Assembly (NCBI GenBank): GCA_013265495.1
Contig: MU058636.1
Location: forward strand, 8,577,425-8,641,424
Reading direction: 5' to 3'
Source: Vicugna vicugna
Lineage: Eukaryota
DNA: 64,000 bases
Below the pieces are notes generated by a model. It did not search any database. It worked only from the letters and a program-made list of their open reading frames with translations, and was not told where the DNA came from. Below are positions 1-11,540 of this stretch, in pieces; the stretch's first letter is position 1, and the number at the start of each line of letters is the position of its first letter. A program made the translations under genes and the position numbers.

Positions 1-437
1 TGTGCACAAAAGAAGCCTTCTAATATATCAACATATTACACTTTCCCAAATCCACCGAATATTTTTTAGACACGTTTATCCTTTCACAGAAACATTACAA
101 TAATTGTCTCTTTCTTTTTTTCTTTAATAATCTTAAATTTCTTCAATTTTGGGGTCTTGCATAATCTAATGTGGATAATTCTGAGATGTTAAACACTGTG
201 CCCCTCCTCCCACAACAGTAGAGATGTAAATACAATTGGAAATTCAATCTTGTATAGAGAACAAAATGAATGACGACACCTATTCTATATTATTACTTTT
301 ATTTATCTTGAAGCTGCAATTGATTACTAGATTTAGTTCCCTCAGGTCAAGGACTATTTTGTGATCACATTTTAACAATTTTCGGTCACAGTAGGAGGCC
401 AAGAAAACTTTAAAGATAGTAGATAAAGGGGAGAAAT

Positions 438-1091
438 TGAGACAGGAACGGGGCAGGGCACAGCCATTCAAAGAATGCTACAGCCATTAACATCAAAATG
501 GTGGAAGATTCAACCTCCAGTAGGCCTTGAGGCTCAAGGCAGTGGGAGATTTGACTTCTAGCAGATCTTGAGCTTCATTATGCACCCATTGTAACAGGTT
601 AGCATGGTGAATAACATGCCCACAGGCACCAGGGCAGCCCCAAGGCTAGCCTCAAAAGGTCAAAGAGTGGGAAACGGCCAACTTCCTGGGAATCCCAGAC
701 TAGTTAGACTGGTTCTTCCACTTATTTGCATATGAAGCTACCAAAGCCCATAAAAATGGGCAACACTGCCCCTCACGGCCTCTCTCTCCCCATCCCCAAC
801 TCCGCACCCCACCCCCACCCCAGCCGTTGGGAGACGGCCCGCACTCTGTCTATGGAGTGTGCACCTACATTGACTCTAATCTGAGCACCCAGTTCCCACC
901 CCTCGTGGCCTTTCTCTTGCCTTTCAATGGATCTCTCTGAATAAACCTACCTTTACTCAACTGTGGCTCGCTCTTGAATTCTTTCCTGCGCAAAGCCAAG
1001 GACCCACGCTTGGCGGGGCACATCCCAGGGGCTCAACTGAAGCCTGGGACATGGCCCTCCTCACACCCCACATCCATTTTTCCCTGCATCA
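438..1091 (+). mobile_element. Solo ERV LTR (class I/ERV1-like), copy A
   Basis: TG...CA termini, exact 4-bp TSD AAAT (434-437 / 1092-1095), TATA-like CATAAAAA at 749-756, AATAAA at 940-945. Homologous end to end with the reverse complement of 37198-37821. Confidence 0.9.
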
Positions 1092-1506
1092 AAATGAAGA
1101 AATACAGGATTCCTTTACTGAATCTTTGCTCACCCAAACCATTCTCCCAGCCTCCCTGTCTGTCTCTTCATCGTGAGTTTCCCTTGCTGCTTTGCTCCAG
1201 CGGAGCTGAAGCAGGTGCGGAAGTCATGGTTCTGTACCGAGAATAGTATAGTGAGTCTACACTGCTGGGTCTGTCAGTGTAGATAATGACATACATACCC
1301 AGTTTCTCCACGATAAACGTTTCTGTACATAAATATACATAGATGTATAGACACATACAGATTGAGACACATATTTCTCTCTGATTTAAAAATAATATAT
1401 GTTCATTGCAGAGATTTTAGAAAAGACAGAAAAGCACAAAAAGGAACAGCATACCCTTTATCCCAATATCCAGAGATAACTCATGTTAATGTTCTGCTAT
1501 GTATTT

Positions 1507-1610
1507 GTGGCTGGCCTGCAAGATGGCATCCAGTCGCCCTCACCCCCTGGTACTCATGCCCTTGTGTAAATAGCCTCCTTTCATACTGACTCAGGCTGAT
1601 CTGTGTGAGC
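1507..1610 (+). mobile_element. MLT1-type MaLR LTR 5' fragment
   Basis: TGTGG...AAGATGGC...CCTGGTACTCATGCCCTTGTGTAA...TGTGTGA is typical of an MLT1E-G start. Confidence 0.55.
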
Positions 1611-1865
1611 ATTAAAATCATTTGAAAGGAAAAGAAAAGGAATAATTCTATATTGCTCATGCTTAGCACAAATAATAAACACTGTATGGGTGATAGTTTC
1701 AGACAGACTTTAGAATCTCTTCCAAGCCTAAGATACTGTCGATGATTTTAAGAAAAGCAGTCCCATTTTCCATTATTCTTATTGTGAAACAGTGTGAGTG
1801 CCTGCATAAATGTGTGCACATGTGTGTACATATATATGCGTGTGTATCTGTGTATGTATATGTGG

Positions 1866-2202
1866 GTGCCCCCGGTATCTGTGGGCAATTGGTTCCAGGA
1901 CCCTAGATCTGGATCCCCAAATCTGAGAATGCTCAAGTCTTTTATATATAATGGTGTAGTGTTTGCATATAACCTACACACATCCCCCCATATACTTTAA
2001 ATCTTCTCTAGATAACTTGTAATACCTAATACAATGTAAATACTATGTAAATAGTTGTGAATACAATATAAATGCTATGTAAAAAGTTGCCAGCACAAGG
2101 CAAATTTAAGTTTTGCTTTTGGGAACTTTCTGGAATTTTTAAAATATTTCCCTCTGTCACTGGTTGAATCCAAGAGTGCAGAACCTACAGAGAGGGAGGG
2201 TG
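1866..2202. mobile_element. MER2-like TcMar-Tigger DNA transposon relic
   Basis: CGGTATCTGTGGG..ATTGGTTCCAGGACCC...TTTGCATATAACCTAC...TAATACCTAATACAATGTAAAT...TGGTTGAATCC...GAACC. Confidence 0.8.
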
Positions 2203-2233
<31 letters not shown>

Positions 2234-2247
2234 ACACACACACACAC
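2203..2247. repeat. (CA)n microsatellite with one TA interruption
   Basis: Direct read. Confidence 0.95.
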
Positions 2248-3224
2248 TCTTACTTCCTGGTATTGTGAGATTTGCATAGGAGGGGAAAGTGATACCTATT
2301 TACATACTGTCGGCACAAGGTATACAGGATATGATGGTAGTAAAGAAGAGAGGTATTTAATTGGATCAGGGTTTCATACTTTGGGTCACGTATTAATAGG
2401 AAAAGGATTTGTGTTGTCTCCAAAATAACCTCCTCCAGTCTGGGAGGTAGGGTCTGTCTCTGCAGAGTCTCAGCCATCGGGTCCTCTCTGAGTCCCTCCA
2501 CCTCCGTGTCAGACCCACCCACGGGACAATATAAAGTGCACATTGGTTGACATGTAATCACCTCCCGCTTCCCAGCAGTTTCTCAGCCTCTAGCGTTTCC
2601 TCATTACTGCCAATGGTTGCCTACAACAATCTAGGAGGAACTGAGGGCATCGGATAGCCAGTTTTGCTAAATGAGTCATTTGAAAGCACTAAAGATTTGC
2701 TCAGCAGCCTCTGGCTAAAGGAATTTTCAGGATAATTTGGAGAAGTCAAGGACCTGAAGAAATCTTTCTATGCTGCTCCAGGACCAAGTTTTTGCTCCTA
2801 GGAGGTGGCAGTTCTGAAGGGCTGAGATTGCGGGACATCTGATGGACAAAGTAACCAGGCAGTTTGGCAAAAGAAGAGTTAAGTCCATGAAAACGGAGAA
2901 ACCTATATTCAAATCTCTCTAGGGCAAGTAACTCAATTTCTCTGAGCTTCAATTTCCTTGTCTAGGATGGTTCAGGGTAACTGGGAGGAATCCATTAAAT
3001 AAATGTGGAAATATATACCGGACAGTCAAAAAGAAAGTTTGAGTATACCCTACTGCCGCACTCATGCATTTAATCCTCATTAAAGCCCTATTATTTAGTA
3101 ACTGCTTCCACATCTGTTAAACAAAGATTCTAAGGCTTTTTTGAAGATTAGCAAGAACGCAGTCTGCAATTGTTAGTGGCATCCACACGGGTTGCCAGAG
3201 GGGAGAAAGCAATTTAAGTCCTTA

Positions 3225-3370
3225 GTTACTGACGGTGACTTTGGGTAAGTTAACTTTAAAAAAATAGCAATAATAAAGACTGTTATGAGGTTTAAATGAG
3301 GTAACAGCGTAGAATGGCCTTGAGAGAATACGTGGCACATTGTAAAGCTCAATAATCACCAATAATGTTT
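3225..3370 (+). mobile_element. MIR SINE fragment
   Basis: GTGACTTTGGGTAAGTTAACTT...TGTTATGAGGTTTAAATGAG...TGGCACAT..TAAAGCTCAATAA core. Confidence 0.65.
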
Positions 3371-5499
3371 TTATCCCTTGCCTACAACCACGAAGGTAAA
3401 ATGTAGTAGAAATTTACAGTGTACCTCAACCTATTAATTTTTCAAATTGAGTATTGTTTTTGAGGAAAATTATTCAATATACCACTAGTTGAGGATTCTC
3501 TGATATTCTGGACAGTGGATAACACGTAAAATCTAAATAAATGCATAATTATTTCTAACTTATACTTTACTCATCATGATATTATTGCATTAAAAATTCA
3601 CATTTTTACTCGATGATGCTGGTATTGCTTGACAATTAAGCCTGTGTCTCGAAATCAAACAAATCTAAATACTTTCTCTGGGAGATTCCAGAAGCTAAAA
3701 AGTGTTGCAGTTCGGTTACACAAGTGAGGCGGTGAGGATCTTGCAAAGTTAAACCCACTCCACTCACCCAGCATGATCTCCTTTAAGGGAAGAGAGATTA
3801 TGCATTCATTAGGTAAATTTGTAATTATGAATTGTTCTTTCCCTCCAAAAACCACCCACTCCTTCTGGGTGAATTTGAGCATTCTCTAAGAAGGCTGTAT
3901 TCTATAAATCGACTCTTACCTGCTCAAAACACACAGTTTGGAATTATTGTCAAGAGTTTCCAACACACGATTCAAATACTGGAGACTTGACGTTGAGATA
4001 TCTAGAAATGACTTGATTCAGAAAATCATTTCATCAAGAATAAATTGTGATGAAATTGAGAGCATGTCTTTTTTCTGAGTGCTTGAAAAATTGGTTCTTG
4101 AAATTCTGCATAACTTCAGTCCTCATTTTCTTGTGCTTCAGATATTCAAGCAATAAAAACTTAACTCATTTTGCATCTAATCAGAGTACAAGTAAATATG
4201 AGGTGGAAAGGGCATTCTGAGAACAGTTCTGAGACATTGTAATCACAACATGTCTTTTTAAAATTCCCAATTATATTAACACCTTATCCATTCAATTAAT
4301 TACAACTGTTAAGTGGCATCTCAATATTCCTCAATGATTAATTTTTTAATTATTACAATGAATGAAGTTCAATTAATATATTGCCTACTGAGACATCATG
4401 TAATAGTTTTAGATTTAATCACAACATTTATGATGGATTGGGGGGATTTAATAAAAATGACCCCCCAAAAGCTTTTCACCAAAGCTCACATTTGAAAGAT
4501 GAGTTTTCCTCTTTCTTATTTTAACATACACTCACTCCTCATAGCAGCATCCAGCACTTCACAAAGCATTTGCCTTGAGGACTTTCTAGACTCTTCCATG
4601 TACATATGCACTTTTAATTAAATTGAATTTAGTAAGTGTAAAATGCTCAGACAGCATCGAAGTGGAGGAATCTGCAGGTAATGAGCTTTCTTAATGCTCA
4701 TCACATTGCTGTGTTAACTGTCTAATCTTAACAACAACCTGGTGAGCAGGGACGATAAACCCCCTCTTATTTATGAGAAAGTCAAGGCTCAAAAGGCTTA
4801 AATAAGTTGTCTGAGATTATAAAATAGGATTTATATCTCTCAACTCTTTTCACTATTTCTCACTCCTTCCTTGTCCGCAAACAGAGAATAAGAGCCCTGT
4901 CTTGTATTTTCTTACTGTGTGATGGAAATGCCTCAGTGCTTACTTACTGCTTTGCTTCAGATTGTTTTTTGCTCCCTTCTCTTTTCACTTGAGTTTCAGA
5001 AAGCGCTAAAAGCCTTCTGCTCTTGTGGGTTCCAAACATATTTAATAATGATGATGATGATGATTTTTACTTTCATAATAAGTGTGATACACTGAGAGCA
5101 AAGAGCAAGAGAACATGGTCCAGAAGGATTACTTCTCTATAATTTACTGGCCTTCAAGAAGAATACAATGTCAACGTGTATTATTTTATGAGTCAGAATG
5201 ACCAGTTAGCTTAAGCCACTTTATCATATTAACAGTGTAACATAGCCCATCTTTTAAAAACTCTTCCATGTAAGGCAGAATTATTCAGATCTCTCATGAT
5301 TGCCATTTGCCAGCTGATTAAACACAATCTATGCCCTATGTTGTAATACCTTTAAAAATCCCTGCTGTGGGAAAATAAGACTCGACTGAATTTTCAGAGT
5401 ACTTGTTAATAAAAATACTTTATACTGGTTACTACTTTACTTTATAAAGTTCATATTTAGGGATCATTTTCAGCCTTTTCATTTTTTTAAAATTATGTT

Positions 5500-5678
5500 T
5501 TTATTGAAATGTAGTTGATTTATAATGTTGGTTTCAGGCATACAGCAAAGTGATTCAATTACAGATATACATACATACATCTACATATATTTTCAGATTC
5601 TTTTCCATTATAATATATTACAAGAAGTTGAGTATAGTTCCCTGTGCTATACAGTAGGTCCTTGTTTATCTATTTTAT
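5500..5678 (-). mobile_element. L1 3' end (artiodactyl-type 3' UTR), 5'-truncated
   Basis: TTTTATTGAA.TGTAGTTGATTTA.AATGTT...TACAGCAAAGTGATTCA...ATAGTTCCCTGTGCTATACAGTAGGTCCTTGTT. Confidence 0.8.
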
Positions 5679-6679
5679 CAGCTTTTTCATATCAATGGTG
5701 GATTTAGACAATATTATAAACAACTTTTCTATTGATATTTTACATCAAAATATAAAGAGAGGATTATTGATGATTGGTTGAGCCATGCCTCACAATAGGA
5801 TAAGTATTTTGGGGGGAGAACATCTTTAATATTTTACTGTAGTTCTCTCTCTTGCTCTTGCTCTCACTCTCAGTCTGAATCTTGGTAGTGACTAAGATTA
5901 TGATTATACATTTATTTAGTTTCACTTACTGTCGATATCAAGGATCTAATAAAGATAAATAGGAAGGTGTAACCCCCATTGGTTAACCACCAAGGAAGTT
6001 ATTAACATGTTTTCATTCTGCAAGGGGCAGCTCTAAAGCTTCGAGCATATTGGCTGTCTTGACATACAGTGTGACTGAAGAGGGGCCATATGAATTTCAT
6101 GGGACTGTAGAAGGTACATTATTTGTGAAGCCTAAAGAGGAAAATCAAAGAAATGCAAGAGATAAAAGCAAACTTTTTCTCTGCCCAGTAGCCAGGGGTA
6201 TATTTATTAGCATCCATATCAACTGAAAAAATGTTCTTTAATTTTAGTCAGCAGGATGTATTTCGGGTTGGAGATATATTTGCATTAACCTGCTAACGCC
6301 AACCTCCTATTTCTCTCTTTGATCTTCTGATCACTTCATAAAAGTGATAGGTACTGTTTCTAAAGCCACAGATTGTATTATCACATCTATAGAAATTAGT
6401 ATTTTTTTAAAAAAATTTCCTATGTGCACTGAGATGGAAACAAAAAAAGGTAAACTGAATTAAATTCTCCTTCGCTCTCTCTAAGCAGGGTTTCTATTTC
6501 TAATGATTGTATTTTTCAAATGAAAAGGAAGTCATGCTCTCGAGAAGGAAAGTTGGCCAGTGCTTACTCAGCTCCTTCTTTTCAGCGTTCTGTTGTATTA
6601 TTTGTATCTTTGTTTGTTAATAGGAAGGCAGAGATCGTGGCATAATACAGTAATAACCGTATATGATGTTGTTATTACA

Positions 6680-6870
6680 TGTTACCCTATAAAACACTTC
6701 AACAAAATTTTACCTCCACCAGACTTTAAGAAGCAAGTAAATTAATTCTATGATTAATTTCAATTAATAGCCAAGAAAACCAAGGCTCAGAGAGATTCAG
6801 AGACTTGTCCTGTTTGCAGATGGTGAACAGGGTAGAAGTCAGCACTTCTGTTACTCAGCTCTGCTCTTCC
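6680..6870 (-). mobile_element. MIR SINE fragment
   Basis: GAAAACCAAGGCTCAGAGAG...GACTTGTCC core. Confidence 0.5.
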
Positions 6871-7094
6871 CTGGCATTTCAGAGCTTCTAATGACTTAGT
6901 ATTTATTGAGCAACTACATGATAAATGGCATCATGGTATTCAAGATAGAGACATAGCCTAAATATGCAGCCCTGGAGGCTCTTTTAAATGTATCTAGCTC
7001 ATATTGTAAATTAGGATAATTAACTAATCCTTTAAATGATCCCTGTTCCAATGGGTGCAATGGCTAACGCTGGACAGCACGGTGGTCATCTTTT

Positions 7095-7162
7095 GTGACT
7101 CCTGTGTTTTAACAAGCCCTCCCAGTATTTCTGATGATGCTGAAGACTAAGTACCACTGTCT
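7095..7162. mobile_element. MER5A-like hAT relic fragment
   Basis: CTGTGTTTTAACAAGCCCTCC.AGT.ATTTCTGATG...ACCACTG. Confidence 0.6.
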
Positions 7163-10100
7163 AAATGAAGAGAGAAAAAGAAAATTCTGTTTCTGATAAA
7201 CATTTACTGGAGCCGCTAAAAAACTGAAATGGAATCTGGCTTTAGAAGACATCAAAGAGAAAGGTCTTCTAGAAATAATTAAAAGTCAAGGAACCCATCA
7301 ATTGACTGAAAAGTGGGGCTAAGAAGTCACTCTCAGTTATTCTCCGTAGAGAAAGAAGGTATTACGGTTAAAGAAAAGTTCAAGTCATCGGAGAATATCA
7401 GAAGAGTGATCCTAGCAAGGGAGCCGTCCCAGTACGAATACATAATGTCCCGTCGTCCTGCCGAGCGTGGAGCACGGAGGCTGTGTCTACTGCAGGACAG
7501 AAATCAGTTATTACTCTTCCCACTCTTTACAGTAAAAATGAAAATAAAATGCTAAGAACTCGATGCCCTGATTTATGAAGATCTACATTAAATATGGAAG
7601 GGAGTAGTTAATGATCTATGCCCATCTGTGTATCTGGCAAAACCTAAGTATCTTGATTAGATGCTGTGTTGAGAAAATAACATAGACATTTAAACAGTAT
7701 ACGTGGGAAAGGAGAGACAATCAATGTCACAGTGACGGAGGACAGGTGATTTTATGTGCATCAATGTCCTCCCTACTGTCTGTGTATCAATCCCAGACCC
7801 CTTTCTTAAGTCCAAAATTTCTAATTATCTCCTACATGTCAATTTCAACCAAAATCAAAAACTGAGTATGTCCAACCAGGTCCCACAAACCTTTCTGATA
7901 CTCTTGATCTTAGTTAATGGAATGAACTTTCCCAGCGATAAACCCTTAAACATTCTTCCTCCATCTTGGCCTTTCTCCTGCTCCCCTGACACCCTCTACA
8001 CAGTAATATTTTGTATTTACCGAGTCCATTTAATTCAAGTTCATAATTAGCCAAGGATTCATTTCTCTTTTTCCTTTTCCATTGTGATCACCTTTATTCA
8101 TATCCCCATGATATTTTCCCCAACTCTCTTCACAACTAGACCTTAAACCTCTAGAAAACAGGAGTAATGTCTCTTCCCCAGTGCTCAGCTAACGCCCTGC
8201 ACAGTAAGCATGTGCCAACTGTAAATTGCTCCCAGGCGAATGTACTGGATTAATGTGCAGATTAATCTGAAGTCTCACAGCCCCCAGGATTTCAGGATGC
8301 CAGCACACATTGCAGCTTCTTCCAGAGAAAGAAACAAATATGTGACAGATTTGTAAAAGAAGAATATATTTTCAGATCCACATTCATCACATTTTAAGTC
8401 CTAAGTATTCTAATCATGAGATTTGTATGCTTTTTTAAAAATATTAGATCCTTTTTTTTTGACTCATTTTAAGACAAGCTATGTTTATTTTGTCCACTTG
8501 GATATTATTGTGTTCAAGTTTTAACCACTGGCGTCAGTAATCTCAACACGATGAATAGTAATGTTTTCTAGAGCCTTGAGGGTTGCCCATGAGAGTGGAA
8601 ATTAGGTAAATTATAATAACACACAAAATAACTTTCAACAATCATGAGTATCATCTAAGGAATTACACTGTTTGAGAGAAAAAAATCCTGTCAAGAACTT
8701 ACTTGTTACCTACAAGACACTGGTTTATGGAAACTGCTATTCCACAAGATGGTGGCCGTACTTAGGAGATGCATAATCTAAGTAAATCACAGATAAACAG
8801 CCAAGCTCTCATGGGGTTTGCCTGCCCTCCCCCCACCCGACCCCTGAGGCCATCTTTTGCGCACTACACTGTAGAAATGTCATGATATAACAACCTCACT
8901 GTCATTGTTCAAGACACCATGGACTTTGAGGTAGACTGGATTTTCTCTTTCCAAATTATAAAGTTTGAAGAAAAAGATACAATTCCTTTTGTTTGTTTAT
9001 TCTCAGCACTTTCGCTGAAAAGGAATTCCAGAATGTGCAAATAGGAAAGAAAAAATCTTGGCTTGCAAACTGATCCAAGAGAAATCTTCCAGAAACACAT
9101 GGCCTGGGATATTTCAGACTCCTGGCAGATTGCAAACCTTTACTGCCTTTTATTAAAACTCAGGGTTCAAATCAAGTGCCTCTAAGGAGCCAGGACCTAC
9201 TTGTCAGACTAGAATTTAGCTCAGAAGTTGAACATCTTCCAACAAACACTCTCATAATAGCAGATATCTTCTCCAGACACCAAATTACTTTGGCTGGCAC
9301 AAATGTCATTGTCTAAAGAGACACTGAAATGTTTGGTCAATATTCTCTAGAAAATAGAATTAAGAAGGTTACGCAGTAATAAACAGGAAAAACACCAATG
9401 GCCATTTTGTTCTAAAGACTTGCTGTGGTTTAAAATGATCCAGACCCACAGACATTAATACCTATCTTGTGGTGGTCTATAGAGACATAAAACAAGAGGG
9501 TGTACACTATAAAATCACTGTTATTAAAAAATGCAAGTACTTCAAGACATGATCATGGAAGAAACTTCCAAATCACAAGGTTACTGAAAGTAGCACCTGA
9601 ACCTACACAGATAAAAACAGACTTCTACTCTTTCCTGCCTAAGTGTCTTTGCATTTCTCCAGTGGTGAAAAACTTGGATGTAACATAACAAGTATCTTCA
9701 GAAATTCCATTACCTGTCCATCCCTGTCGAGGGTTTGTACAAGTTTGGAAGGATAAATGAAACGAATTTTTCTATCGGTAAAGTTTTACCAGTATGTTGA
9801 GAAGGCAATCCACAAACAACTGGCTGTGAAACAAACAAGAAAAAGCCAGGAAAACAACAAGCAATGAAATAAGGCTCTTGTGGAGTGTTGTTTTATCAAA
9901 GCTTGGGGTCCGTTAAGGAAAAGGGGGTGCATGGTGGGGAGACATAAGAATGGGCCATAGAACGCGGGCTTCTGGAGAGGAGTTTTCAGGAGATGTGCAG
10001 CCAAGAAGTTCTCTTACTAATGGCGAGGAGTCTGCTGAAAGTCCTCCAGTAAAGCAAAGACAATAGGAGCTACAGCAGAGCTCGTCTTCAAAGACTGCAA

Positions 10101-11085
10101 CGTCTCCTAAGAGCCTATCATTTGCAGAGAACTGTTGGCGCATTAACAAACAGAACAGAAGTTGCTAGAGCTGCAATGGCACAGATTTGTATAAGATTTT
10201 ACTTTAAAAGGCAGATTTTGAGCCACTGCAGTACATGCAGTGTCTCTGCAATTAGTCAATTAGACTTGAAACAGGGAAGGAAGAGTTCAGTGTGAAAGGA
10301 TAGAGGATCGAATAGACAATTCAGATACAGGCCAGTAAGAAACAGAAGGAACTAGACAGACAGAAATAGATGCCTCATTCATTTCTGTCTATGACATCGC
10401 CACTTCCTTGGTTTAAAAAAAAAGAAGCAGGGAGAAAACAGGAAAAAAACCCACATTGTATTTATAATTTTGTGCCATTTTAGTTTATTTTCTACTGATG
10501 ACATAAAGATAAAGCGACATTTTGCCATCAGTGAACTTGATATAGTTAAGCCTGCGGTCAGAGTTCAGTTATTTTCTAGTAATCTTTTTAGATTTTTTAA
10601 AAAAAATATGTAAGTCTCAATTTAAAAGCATTTAATGGGGTTTGCTAAAGAACCATATCAAAATTAGATGTACAATTCGCTTTTGCAGTAAGAGGCAGAA
10701 TTCCTGAACAGGCAATGAGGTTAAACAGGAAAATAGCAAAATATTGTAGAATATCAAAAAACGAAGACGAGAAAAAACACCCACCCATACCTAGGAAGCC
10801 CTGAACCTTGTATCTTGACTCTCACATAGAAATGTCTCCAGTGTACGGGAAGCCAACATAGGTGACCTCGTTTTGCTTTAGTTCCCACTGAAGTCTGACT
10901 TGCCAGGGTGGGAGGGCCAGGTGGTGGTGACTGCTGGAGAGTATAAACTGGGGGCTTAACGGTACTCTTCTGTCATAGCGGTTCTGATTGCAGGTATTCT
11001 GTTCCTTAAAATTTGGGGAGAATCTGAGCATCCACAGAAACTTTCTGCAAGCAAAAGAAACTGAAAAAAGTAGTTTTGCACGTAC

Positions 11086-11463
11086 CTGTTTTTCTCCGCT
11101 GGGCTTTTTGTGGTTCAGGAGCAGCTCCACAGCTCCGACGACCTCTTTCCTGATGGCGTGTAACAGAGCATCCCCGACGTAGACGTTAAAGCTTAGGAGC
11201 AGTTCGATGAGCTCCAAGTTCTCATTTTCGATTGCGATGAGGAGAGCAGTTCTTCCAAGAGGATCAATGCAATTAATGTTGATTTTAAAATAGATTTCAG
11301 CTTCCTCGAGGGATTTCTTGACACTTGCATAGTCTCCCTTTTCCACCGCGTTTAAGTAGGCTTTCTCCGATGGTGAGAGTTCCGACTCTGCTCGGACTAT
11401 CCTGAGGGGGATGCGGTCTCTGTAGGGGGCATTAACATTTCTCTTGTAATAGAACTGAGCCAT
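11086..11463 (-). CDS. TRPC4: TRPC4 first coding segment (exon 2, codons 1-126; N-terminus and ankyrin-repeat region)
   Basis: Translation [126 protein letters not shown] is the TRPC4 N-terminus ([10 protein letters not shown], versus MAQLYYKKV in TRPC5). It ends at a CAG|GTACGT donor (GT at 11085-11084); 378 nt, phase 0. Confidence 0.97.
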
Positions 11464-11490
11464 GTCTCATGCCATGCTATTTCTTTGTCC
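11464..11490 (-). other. TRPC4: 5' UTR part of TRPC4 exon 2 (27 nt)
   Basis: Minus strand reads TTTTTTTGGTTTTTGTTTGCACTTTCAG|GGACAAAGAAATAGCATGGCATGAGAC ATG; acceptor AG at 11492-11491. Confidence 0.92.
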
Positions 11491-11540
11491 CTGAAAGTGC
11501 AAACAAAAACCAAAAAAACCCACAAGGATTAGGGTTAGCA
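11491..11540 (-). promoter_or_regulatory. TRPC4: Intron 1 3' splice signals: U-rich tract and tandem branch-point candidates
   Basis: CTAAC (11538-11534) and CTAAT (11532-11528) precede a U-rich tract and TTTCAG on the minus strand. Confidence 0.7.

Larger units (their letters stand above)
1..11085 (-). other. TRPC4: TRPC4 intron 2 (partial; continues beyond the window)
   Basis: Starts at the GTACGT donor; no further TRPC-like translation among the listed ORFs. Confidence 0.85.

Noticed and set aside
974..1246. Similar peptides MNSFLRKAKDP... and MNSFLCKAKDP... (36959-37309) suggesting paralogous small genes
   Set aside because: Both are translations of the same non-coding LTR segment, begin at non-ATG codons, and diverge once outside the LTR.
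8742..8756. CTCF/YY1-like CCACAAGATGGTGGC
   Set aside because: The key C of the GGC core is a T, so both motifs are broken.
10822..11463. 213-aa ORF as a complete standalone gene
   Set aside because: TRPC4 similarity ends at Q126, at a GT donor; the rest is intron. Kept only as an intronic-polyadenylation hypothesis.
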